Shown piece by piece: positions 1 to 7,743 of a stretch of DNA of 44,552 nucleotides. The notes under the pieces are model-generated. The model did not search any database and was not told the origin of the DNA. It worked only from the letters and a program-made list of their open reading frames with translations. Source of the stretch: Candidatus Omnitrophota bacterium (GTDB lineage Bacteria > Omnitrophota > Gorgyraeia > Gygaellales > JAMWDD01); the NCBI GenBank assembly GCA_023818885.1, contig JAMWDD010000001.1, forward strand, positions 1-44,552. The letters run 5' to 3'. The stretch's first letter is position 1; every line of letters starts with the position of its first letter. A program made the position numbers and the translations under genes.

Positions 1-282
1 TTGATTACGACTTTAATTCCCGGGGTAGACATTAACCCGGCAAGGACTTATTGTGTCATAGTCGGGCCGCCGATAATGTATAGGTTTGTGATTGCAGAAG
101 TCCTTAAAAAATCCATTCCTGACCATCAGATTATTGTTTCTTTAGAAAGAAGGATGAAATGCGGCTTGGGAAAATGTGGGCATTGCCAGATTGAAGGTGT
201 GTATGTCTGCCAATCCGGGCCGGTATTTAATTATGCGCAACTAAAAAATTTTAAAGGAGAGTGTCATGAAAAAGCAGCCTAA
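1..282 (+). CDS. [NiFe] hydrogenase (sulfhydrogenase/group 3b-type) gamma subunit, C-terminal fragment; 5' end lies outside the window
   Basis: C-terminal 2Fe-2S motif of PyrK/HydG-like FAD/NAD oxidoreductases (MKCGLGKCGHCQ...VCQSGPVF). Sits directly upstream of the delta and alpha subunits and overlaps the next gene by 17 nt. Confidence 0.7.
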   Translation: MITTLIPGVDINPARTYCVIVGPPIMYRFVIAEVLKKSIPDHQIIVSLERRMKCGLGKCGHCQIEGVYVCQSGPVFNYAQLKNFKGECHEKAA

Positions 283-1030
283 GCCAAAAGTGGCATTTTT
301 TGATTTTACTGACTGCGAAGGATGCCAGCTGCAGTTTGCCAATATGGGCGAGGTGCTTCTTGAGATAGCCGAATTAGTAGATATCGTAAATTTCCGCGAG
401 ATTATGTCAGAACAAGGAGAAGATTATGATATTGCCTTTGCGGAGGGAAGCATTACCACGGATAACGACGTAAAACGCATTAAAAAGATAAGAGAAAAGG
501 CAAAAGTAGTGGTTGCGCTGGGCGCCTGCGCTACTCTTGGCGGAGTAAATGGAATGAAAAACCGCACTCCTCTTGATGTGGCTAAAGAAAGAGTTTACGC
601 AGATAAAGCCGACACGGTTAACACCATAAAGGCCATGCCAGTGCATGAGGTAGTTAAGGTTGATTATTTTATTCATGGCTGCCCGGTATATATCCCGGAG
701 GTAATTACAGTTATTAAATGCATATTGATGAGTAGGCCTTATGTTGTGCCAAATTATCCGGTTTGCGCAGAATGTAAGATGAATGAAAATGTCTGCCTTT
801 ACGAGAAAGAACAAGAATGTATGGGGCCGGTAACGCGGGCAGGGTGTAATTCCTGGTGTATAAATAATGGAAACCGCTGCTATGGTTGCCGCGGATTAGT
901 AGATAATCCAGCGGCTGATGCACAGAAAGATATTTTATTAAAATATGGCTTAAAGATGGATGAGATTTTAAAGCATTTTACATTGTATAATGATTCCTTG
1001 GGAGACAAGTATGAGCAGCAACTCAAGTAA
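266..1030 (+). CDS. [NiFe] hydrogenase small (delta) subunit, NuoB/20-kDa-like Fe-S protein
   Basis: N-terminal FFDFTDCEGCQ and GACATLGG motifs plus a Cys-rich C-terminus (CAECK..C, GCNSWC, CYGC). About 254 aa, the size typical of cytoplasmic group 3 small subunits. Lies immediately upstream of the large subunit. Confidence 0.85.
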   Translation: MKKQPKPKVAFFDFTDCEGCQLQFANMGEVLLEIAELVDIVNFREIMSEQGEDYDIAFAEGSITTDNDVKRIKKIREKAKVVVALGACATLGGVNGMKNRTPLDVAKERVYADKADTVNTIKAMPVHEVVKVDYFIHGCPVYIPEVITVIKCILMSRPYVVPNYPVCAECKMNENVCLYEKEQECMGPVTRAGCNSWCINNGNRCYGCRGLVDNPAADAQKDILLKYGLKMDEILKHFTLYNDSLGDKYEQQLK

Positions 1031-2357
1031 AACCAAAGATGTAAAGATAGATGTGCATTATCTTACACGCGTAGAAGGTCACGGAAACATTGTAGTAGAT
1101 ACTAAAGACGGAAAGCTTACTAAATGCGAATTTCAGGTGATTGAATCCCCGCGTTTCTTTGAATCTATGCTGGTGGGAAGGGTTATCTGGGAGGCGCAGC
1201 ATATTACCAGCCGTATCTGCGGCATCTGCGCCTGTGGCCACAGTTTAGCCAGCATTAAGGCCGCTGAGGATGCCTTAGGCATAACGCCTGCGGATGAAAC
1301 TGTGATGTTGAGAAAACTACTTCTTTATACTGAGCAGATGGACAGCCATATCCTGCATATTTATTTTCTGGTTGCCCCGGACCTTTTGGGCGTAAAGAGT
1401 ATTATGCCTCTTATTAAGACGCACCGTTCTATTATTGATATGGCCCTTAAGATGAAGCGGATGAGCGATTATGCCGGCGAGGTTTTGGCAGGCAGGCATA
1501 TCCATCCTATAAGTTATGTAATCGGAGGGCTGACGCAGCTGCCGGCGCGGGAGAATTTAGAAAAACTTTATAAGATGATGCTTGAGTGCCGTAAATACGG
1601 TGATGAGACGGTAAAGATCCTTAAAAAATTGAAATTTCCGGAATTCCAGCGGCCAACACAATATCTATCCCTTACCCATGATGGAGAGTATGCGATGTAT
1701 GACGGAGATTTGGTTGTAAACGGAAAAAATAGAACAAAATACAACAAATATAGAGAAGTACTCACAGAAAAAGTAGTGGACTATTCCCGGGCAAAAATCG
1801 CCACCATCAATAATAAACCCTACGCCGTAGGAGCTTTAGCCAGATTTAATAACAACAGCGATAAATTACATAAGAAGGCAAAGGCAGTTGCGGAGAGTTT
1901 AAGGTTAAAAGCACCCTGCCACAATCCCTATTTAAATACAGTCGCACAAATGGTGGAATGGGTGCATTGTTTGGAGGAATCCATTGCCATCATAGAGAAA
2001 ATCTTAAAAGAGGGGCTTAATGAAAAAAAGATAGTGGTCTCATCTTGGCCGAAGAAAAGCCAAATAGATAAGATTAAATATAGACCTAATACCGGAATCG
2101 GTTGTGTAGAAGTTCCCCGCGGTTCGTTATTCCATGAATATACAATAGACGACACCGGCCATATTACCGCAGCAAATTGTGTAATTCCCACAAATCAAAA
2201 TATGGGTAATCTCGAAGAGGATATGCGTAAGCTCGTTCCAGAATTATTAGGTAGGCATAGTCGAGAAGAAATTACTCAAGCACTGGAAATGCTTGCCCGC
2301 GCTTACGATCCTTGCATATCCTGCGCTACCCACCTTTTAGACGTAAGATTTGTCTGA
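1011..2357 (+). CDS. [NiFe] hydrogenase large (alpha) subunit
   Basis: N-terminal Ni-binding motif RICGICACGHS and C-terminal DPCISCATH, with both Cys encoded by TGC (not Sec). LTRVEGHG is present near the N-terminus. The ORF is open from 990, but ATG 1011 follows GGGAG (1000-1004) at 6 nt spacing. Confidence 0.92.
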   Translation: MSSNSSKTKDVKIDVHYLTRVEGHGNIVVDTKDGKLTKCEFQVIESPRFFESMLVGRVIWEAQHITSRICGICACGHSLASIKAAEDALGITPADETVMLRKLLLYTEQMDSHILHIYFLVAPDLLGVKSIMPLIKTHRSIIDMALKMKRMSDYAGEVLAGRHIHPISYVIGGLTQLPARENLEKLYKMMLECRKYGDETVKILKKLKFPEFQRPTQYLSLTHDGEYAMYDGDLVVNGKNRTKYNKYREVLTEKVVDYSRAKIATINNKPYAVGALARFNNNSDKLHKKAKAVAESLRLKAPCHNPYLNTVAQMVEWVHCLEESIAIIEKILKEGLNEKKIVVSSWPKKSQIDKIKYRPNTGIGCVEVPRGSLFHEYTIDDTGHITAANCVIPTNQNMGNLEEDMRKLVPELLGRHSREEITQALEMLARAYDPCISCATHLLDVRFV

Positions 2358-2823
2358 TAATAAAATTGCCGTAATCGGTTTAGGAAATACGTTAAGAAGA
2401 GACGACGGAATCGGAATATTGGTTCTGGAATCCCTACGCAACTCTTATAGAAAGCAAGGCATAGATTACCTCAATTTCGGAATTGCCAGTATTGACCTTT
2501 TGCATCGGCTACAAAACTACAAAAAAGCCCTGCTGATTGATGGGATAAATGCTTCTTTAGAGCCTGGCGAAATCAAGATCTTTAAATTGAGCGAAGTAGT
2601 TAATATTTTAAAAAAGCAGATTACGTCTTCACATGAATTTAATCTTAAAGATGTTTTTATCCTTTATAAAAAACTCGGTTTAAAAACAGAAGTTTTTATT
2701 GCTGGCATCCAAGTGCAAGATGTTTCTTTTGCCTCGGGGTTAACCGAAAAATTGAAAAAGAGTTATGATAATATAGTGGAAAAGGTAAATAATTTTATTG
2801 ATAAAGAACTTTTAGGCAAATAA
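2350..2823 (+). CDS. hydrogenase maturation endopeptidase (HycI/HoxW/HyaD family)
   Basis: IAVIGLGNTLRRDDGIG motif, about 157 aa. TTG start overlaps the large-subunit stop by 8 nt. Confidence 0.85.
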   Translation: MSDNKIAVIGLGNTLRRDDGIGILVLESLRNSYRKQGIDYLNFGIASIDLLHRLQNYKKALLIDGINASLEPGEIKIFKLSEVVNILKKQITSSHEFNLKDVFILYKKLGLKTEVFIAGIQVQDVSFASGLTEKLKKSYDNIVEKVNNFIDKELLGK

Positions 2824-2825
2824 AG

Positions 2826-4004
2826 ATGTGTTATGCCATACCCGGTAAAGTAGTCGGGATAAAAGATAATATTGTCACAGTAGATTATTTTGGTGAAAAA
2901 AAGAAAGCCAAAAATGATTTCTATAGTTTAGAGCGGGGAGAATATGTCTATGCGCAGGGCGGTTTTGTAGTACAAAAAGTTTCTATTCAGGAAGCAGAAT
3001 CTATTTTAGATACGTGGAAAGAATTATTTTTTCAGTTACAAAAAACAGACCTTAAACTTGCGCAGAATCCCAAAACGCTTTATCAAAGGGCAAATTATAT
3101 CCGCAACAAATACTTAGGCAACGCCTGCTGTATCCACGGGATAATTGAGTTTTCCAATTATTGCCGTTGCGACTGTCTTTATTGTGGGATAAGAAAAAGT
3201 AATTCTGAGCTTTTACGTTATCGCATGGAACCCGATGAGATAGTAAATGGGGCGGTTGAGGCAGCAAAAAATCTGGGGTTTAAGGCGCTAGTCTTACAGT
3301 CAGGAGAAGACCTCTGGTATGACGATGATAAGCTTGTAGAGATAATAAATAAGATTAGAGAAAAAGCCGCACTTTTGCTTGTTTTAAGTATCGGGGAGAG
3401 GGATGTGAAAACTTACAAAAAGCTTTATAAGACTGGGGCAAGAGGTGTACTTTTGCGTTTTGAAACAAGCAACGCTTCTTTATACCAAAAGTTGCGGCCT
3501 AAACATAAATTAGAAGATCGCATTGAACTGCTCAAGAAATTGCGCGAAGTGGGCTATCTAATTTTTACCGGATTCTTAATCGGCCTTCCTGGGCAAACCA
3601 AAGAGGATATAGACAATGATATAAAGCTTACTGCGTCGCTCGGTACAGATATGTTTTCCTTTGGGCCATTTCTGCCCCATCCCCAAACACCTTTAGGTAA
3701 ATATCCCGCACCGTCTTTAGATGCGGTTTTAAGTATTATTGCTAATACCCGCTTAGCCAATCCTGAAGCAAAAATCCTGGTTACTACTGCCTTGGAAACG
3801 CTGGATAAAGAAAACGGGATGAAGTTTGGCCTTTTAGCCGGCGGTAATTCGTTGATGATAAACTTAACTCCCCAAAAATATCAGCGGCTCTATGATATTT
3901 ATCCGGATAGGGTAGGCATTGAAGAAGACATTTCCCGAAGAATTGACTCCACAATCAAACTCCTACATTCCCTTGGTCGCGCGCCGGCTGATTTAGGGCT
4001 TTAG
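2826..4004 (+). CDS. fusion protein: N-terminal HypC/HupF-type [NiFe] hydrogenase chaperone domain joined to a HydE/BioB-clade radical SAM domain
   Basis: aa 1-70 MCYAIPGKVV...GEYVYAQGGFVV..QEAESIL carry the HypC signature, including Cys2. aa ~100-392 carry C113x3C117x2C120 (nt 3162-3185), YRMEPDEIV, LQSGED, RFETSN, GLPGQT and FGPFLPHPQTPL, which resemble HydE. One continuous ORF starting 3 nt after the protease gene. Confidence 0.8.
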   Translation: MCYAIPGKVVGIKDNIVTVDYFGEKKKAKNDFYSLERGEYVYAQGGFVVQKVSIQEAESILDTWKELFFQLQKTDLKLAQNPKTLYQRANYIRNKYLGNACCIHGIIEFSNYCRCDCLYCGIRKSNSELLRYRMEPDEIVNGAVEAAKNLGFKALVLQSGEDLWYDDDKLVEIINKIREKAALLLVLSIGERDVKTYKKLYKTGARGVLLRFETSNASLYQKLRPKHKLEDRIELLKKLREVGYLIFTGFLIGLPGQTKEDIDNDIKLTASLGTDMFSFGPFLPHPQTPLGKYPAPSLDAVLSIIANTRLANPEAKILVTTALETLDKENGMKFGLLAGGNSLMINLTPQKYQRLYDIYPDRVGIEEDISRRIDSTIKLLHSLGRAPADLGL

Positions 4005-4012
4005 ATATCTCT

Positions 4013-4042
4013 TGCAAGCTTTACCATCCTGAGGTTATAATA
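4013..4042 (+). promoter_or_regulatory. candidate sigma70-type promoter for the nadE operon (TTGCAA-18-TATAAT)
   Basis: TTGCAA at 4013-4018 and TATAAT at 4037-4042, inside the 60-nt gap upstream of nadE. Confidence 0.4.
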
Positions 4043-4064
4043 TTAAAATAAATAGGGAGAAAAA

Positions 4065-5765
4065 ATGATTTTACGCATAGGTATGGCACAAGTCAATAGC
4101 TGGTTAGGAGATTTTAAATATAATACTGATAAAATCTGCAAGTTTATCCAGAAGGCAAAAGAAGGCCGGTGCCATATTGTGGTCTTTCCCGAATTAGCCA
4201 TATCAGGATACCCACCCGAGGATTTAATCTACAAAAGTGATTTTTTAAGAAGAAATAAAGAGAGTCTTGATTTGGTTAAAGAGTATTCCCAAGATATAGG
4301 TGTAATTGTTGGTTTTATAGAACAAGACAAAGGTAAAATTTTTAATAGCGCTGCCTTTATTTATAATAAAAAATTGGTAGGGATTTATCGGAAGATGCAG
4401 TTGCCAAATTACGGCGTATTTGATGAAAAGCGATATTTTTTTAGTGGTGAAGATTTTAAGATTTATGATTTTTGCGGAGTTAAAATTGGTCTGGATATCT
4501 GGGTAGAAGACGATTCGATCGCCCTACAGGCAAAGGCAGGGGTTCAATTAAGTTTTGTCATCAATGCCTCGCCGTTTCATATGGGAAAGCTCGATTCCCG
4601 GATAAATATTTTAAAAGAACAAGCAAAAAAGAATAAAGTTTATATTACCTATGTTAACCTTGTGGGTGGCCAGGATGAGTTAGTTTTTGACGGAAGGAGC
4701 ATTTTCATTGATACGAAAGGTAAAATCCTTGCTCAGGCCAAGGCATTTGAAGAAGACTTATGTATTTTTGATATTGATTCAAAGATTTTACCCAAGAAAA
4801 AAGTAAATAAAAAGAAACTAGTAAGAATTCCGGTAGAAAATATAACCACAAATATAACAAAGACGCCCCTCTCTTCCAAAATAAGGATTAGACTTAATTC
4901 CATTGAAGAGGTCTACAAGGCCTTAGTTTTAGGTCTGAGGGATTATGTAATAAAGAATGGTTTTAGAAAAGTAGTTTTGGGTTTAAGCGGAGGTATAGAT
5001 TCTGCTTTAACTTGTGTTTTGGCAGTGGATGCTTTGGGGAGGGAAAATGTAGTGGGGGTGTTTATGCCTTCACAGTATACTTCTCTGGAGAGCAGAGAAG
5101 ATGCCCAAACCTTGGCTAATAATTTAGGTATAGATTTTTGCACTATTTATATCCAGGGAATTTTTGAAAAGTATCTTGATGAGTTAAGAGAGCAGTTCCG
5201 GGGGACAGCGCCTAACATTGCTGAGGAAAACATTCAGGCGCGCATCAGAGGCAATATCTTAATGGCACTTTCTAATAAATTTGGCTGGCTGGTTTTAACT
5301 ACCGGAAATAAAAGCGAAGTAAGTGTGGGCTATTGCACTTTGTATGGCGATACCGCCGGTGGTTTTGCACCGCTTAAAGATGTGCCAAAGACAATGGTTT
5401 ATGAACTTGCTCGCTACAGCAATTTGCTTTCGGAAAAGCCGGCTATTCCGGAAAGGGTATTTACTAAAGCACCTACTGCAGAATTAAAAGAAAACCAGAA
5501 AGACCAGGATATACTTCCGCCTTACGAAGTTTTGGACCCGATACTTAAGGCATACATTGAGGATGACCTCTCAATAGAAAAGATTATTGCGCTGGGTTTT
5601 GATAAAGATGTAGTAAGGCGCACGATTGAGATGGTAGATAGGAGTGAATATAAACGTCGGCAGTCACCGCCGGGAATTAAAATTACGCCTAAGACCTTTG
5701 GGAGAGATCGCCGCATGCCGATTACGAATAGGTTTAGGGAAGAGAGAAGTGGGGAGTGTAGATAA
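4065..5765 (+). CDS. nadE: two-domain NAD+ synthetase (N-terminal CN-hydrolase/glutaminase-like domain plus C-terminal NAD synthetase)
   Basis: C-terminal SGGIDS PP-loop, NIQARIRGN, LTTGNKSE and PTAEL motifs. The N-terminal domain has FPE (E43) and YRK (K110), but the expected catalytic Cys position reads Gly (KIGLDIW). Confidence 0.9.
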   Translation: MILRIGMAQVNSWLGDFKYNTDKICKFIQKAKEGRCHIVVFPELAISGYPPEDLIYKSDFLRRNKESLDLVKEYSQDIGVIVGFIEQDKGKIFNSAAFIYNKKLVGIYRKMQLPNYGVFDEKRYFFSGEDFKIYDFCGVKIGLDIWVEDDSIALQAKAGVQLSFVINASPFHMGKLDSRINILKEQAKKNKVYITYVNLVGGQDELVFDGRSIFIDTKGKILAQAKAFEEDLCIFDIDSKILPKKKVNKKKLVRIPVENITTNITKTPLSSKIRIRLNSIEEVYKALVLGLRDYVIKNGFRKVVLGLSGGIDSALTCVLAVDALGRENVVGVFMPSQYTSLESREDAQTLANNLGIDFCTIYIQGIFEKYLDELREQFRGTAPNIAEENIQARIRGNILMALSNKFGWLVLTTGNKSEVSVGYCTLYGDTAGGFAPLKDVPKTMVYELARYSNLLSEKPAIPERVFTKAPTAELKENQKDQDILPPYEVLDPILKAYIEDDLSIEKIIALGFDKDVVRRTIEMVDRSEYKRRQSPPGIKITPKTFGRDRRMPITNRFREERSGECR

Positions 5766-6583
5766 TGGGGAATGATTTAAGGGAAAAAGTGGCTAAATTA
5801 AAATCTATCTTACAGAAAATGGATTCTGTTTTAGTCGCTTATTCAGGAGGCGTGGACAGCACATTTTTATTGAAAATTGCTTGCGATGTGTTAGGCAAGG
5901 ATAAGGTTTTGGCGGTGACAGCAGATTCAGCAACTTATCCTAAAAGCGAATTAAATTTTGCCAAAAAAATGGCGGCTAGATTTGGCGCCAAGCATTTAAT
6001 TATTAAAACAAATGAATTACACAATCCAGAATTTACCAATAATCCAGTTAATCGTTGTTATTATTGTAAACGCGAGCTTTTTTCTCAGTTAAAAAAGATT
6101 GCCCGCTCCAGAAAAATGAATTATATATGCGATGCGGCACAAATTTCTGATAATGCTGATTTTCGTCCGGGAGATAAAGCGAAAAAGGATTTAGGCATTC
6201 GTTCGCCATTGAGAGAGGTAGGATTTACCAAAGAAGAAATTCGTAAATTAAGCAGAAAGTTTAAGCTTCCGACTTGGAATATGCCGTCACAAGCCTGTCT
6301 CGCATCTAGGTTTCCGTATGGCACTAAAATAACCGAAACGCTTTTAGCGAGAGTAGAGAAGGCAGAAACGTTGCTTAAAAATTTAGGTTTTTCACAAGTA
6401 AGGGTGCGTCATTATGATAGCATGGCCAGAATTGAAGTGGAGAGGCAGAAAATTCCGCTTTTGGTTTCTAAGCTAAAAGGAAAGCAATTAGCCAGGATAA
6501 AAAATATAGGTTATAAATATATTACCGTAGATTTAGAAGGTTATAGGACTGGCAGTTTAAACGAGGAGATGAGGAAGATATGA
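5765..6583 (+). CDS. larE: LarE-like PP-loop ATP-dependent sulfur transferase (TIGR00268-type)
   Basis: AYSGGVDSTFLL PP-loop, CYYC (C98, C101) and SQACLASRFPYG (C178). About 272 aa. Overlaps the nadE stop by 1 nt. Confidence 0.75.
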   Translation: MGNDLREKVAKLKSILQKMDSVLVAYSGGVDSTFLLKIACDVLGKDKVLAVTADSATYPKSELNFAKKMAARFGAKHLIIKTNELHNPEFTNNPVNRCYYCKRELFSQLKKIARSRKMNYICDAAQISDNADFRPGDKAKKDLGIRSPLREVGFTKEEIRKLSRKFKLPTWNMPSQACLASRFPYGTKITETLLARVEKAETLLKNLGFSQVRVRHYDSMARIEVERQKIPLLVSKLKGKQLARIKNIGYKYITVDLEGYRTGSLNEEMRKI

Positions 6584-7743
6584 AACGCCTATATTTTGAT
6601 TATGCGGCAACTACACCTACGGATCCAGAAGTTTTAAAGGCAATGCAGCCTTATTTTTTTGAGAAATTCGGCAATCCTTCCAGCATCCATTCCTTTGGTC
6701 AGGAGGCAAAAAAGGCAGTTGAAGATAGCCGTGAGATCCTTGCTGAATTTATGGGCGCAAAACCCGATGAAATTGTCTTTACTTCGGGTGGGACCGAATC
6801 CAATAATTTTGCTTTAAAGGGCGTGGCTTATGCTCTAGAGTCAAAAGGTAATCATATAATTATTAGCGCGATAGAACATCATGCTATAACTGAAGCTGCA
6901 AAATTCTTAGAAAGACAGGGTTTTAAAATAACTTTGGTGGGTGTGGATAGATACGGGCTGGTAAATCCGGAAGATATTAAAAAGGCAATTACGGATAAGA
7001 CCATTCTCATCTCGATAATGCACGCCAATAATGAGATTGGGACAATCCAGCCGATTGCGGAGATTGGAAAGATTGCCAGAGAAAAAGGTATTTATTTTCA
7101 TACTGACGCGGTGCAAACAGTAGGACACATCCCGGTAAATGTCAATGAATTGAATGTAGATTTACTGTCACTTTCTGCCCATAAATTTTATGGGCCAAAA
7201 GGCGTTGGCGCTTTATATATTAGAAAAGGCACGCGCATAAATCGTTTCCTTCATGGCGGCGATCAAGAAAAGGGAAGGCGCGCCTCCACTCACAATACTG
7301 CAGGCATCGTGGGTTTGGGTCGTGCCATTGAACTCTGTAAGGAGAAGATGAACGAGGAGGCGCTAATTCAGCGGGGGTGGCGAGATCGCTTGATTAAAGA
7401 GATTTCTGCTCGCATCCCTGATGTATTTTTAAATGGCCATCCGTCACTACGACTTCCTAACAATATAAATTTTTCTATAAAATATATTGAAGGTGAGTCT
7501 ATGATTTTACATTTAGATATGTTGGGTATCGCCGTTTCTACAGGCTCAGCCTGCACTTCGGCTTCACTTGAACCCTCGCATGTGCTTTTAGCCATAGGTT
7601 TATCTCATGAATTAGCCCACGGTTCTCTGCGGATAACTTTTGGTAGATATAATACCGAAAGCGATATAGATTATCTTTTAGAGAATCTTCCTAAAGTCGT
7701 CGAGACCCTGCGCAAGATGTCTCCGCTTTATGAAAAGAAATAA
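6580..7743 (+). CDS. nifS: cysteine desulfurase (NifS/IscS class)
   Basis: PLP-lysine motif SAHKFYGPKG, active-site loop STGSACTS and the HANNE motif. ATGA overlap with the upstream gene. Confidence 0.9.
   Translation: MKRLYFDYAATTPTDPEVLKAMQPYFFEKFGNPSSIHSFGQEAKKAVEDSREILAEFMGAKPDEIVFTSGGTESNNFALKGVAYALESKGNHIIISAIEHHAITEAAKFLERQGFKITLVGVDRYGLVNPEDIKKAITDKTILISIMHANNEIGTIQPIAEIGKIAREKGIYFHTDAVQTVGHIPVNVNELNVDLLSLSAHKFYGPKGVGALYIRKGTRINRFLHGGDQEKGRRASTHNTAGIVGLGRAIELCKEKMNEEALIQRGWRDRLIKEISARIPDVFLNGHPSLRLPNNINFSIKYIEGESMILHLDMLGIAVSTGSACTSASLEPSHVLLAIGLSHELAHGSLRITFGRYNTESDIDYLLENLPKVVETLRKMSPLYEKK

Noticed and set aside
990-1010. Upstream starts offered by the track: ATG 990 (hydrogenase alpha), TTG 34827 (dnaK), GTG 30330 (hsp20), TTG 9742 (bioF), ATG 42922 (GGDEF-2)
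   Set aside because: In four of the five cases (990, 34827, 30330, 42922) a downstream ATG has a properly spaced Shine-Dalgarno sequence and/or gives the canonical family N-terminus, while the longer form lacks an RBS or abuts or overlaps one. For bioF the preference for ATG 9793 rests only on the family N-terminus and ATG over TTG. Its upstream AGG is weak, and I did not check the sequence upstream of TTG 9742 for an RBS.
2314-2340. Possible selenocysteine ([NiFeSe]) site in the hydrogenase large-subunit C-terminal motif
   Set aside because: The motif reads DPCISCATH with both Cys encoded by TGC. There is no in-frame TGA, so this is an ordinary [NiFe] enzyme.
4005-4064. Riboswitches or leaders upstream of cofactor genes (nadE, bioB, nadA, mnmA)
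   Set aside because: The spacers are 0-90 nt, too short for known riboswitch aptamers plus expression platforms, and no conserved aptamer cores were recognised.
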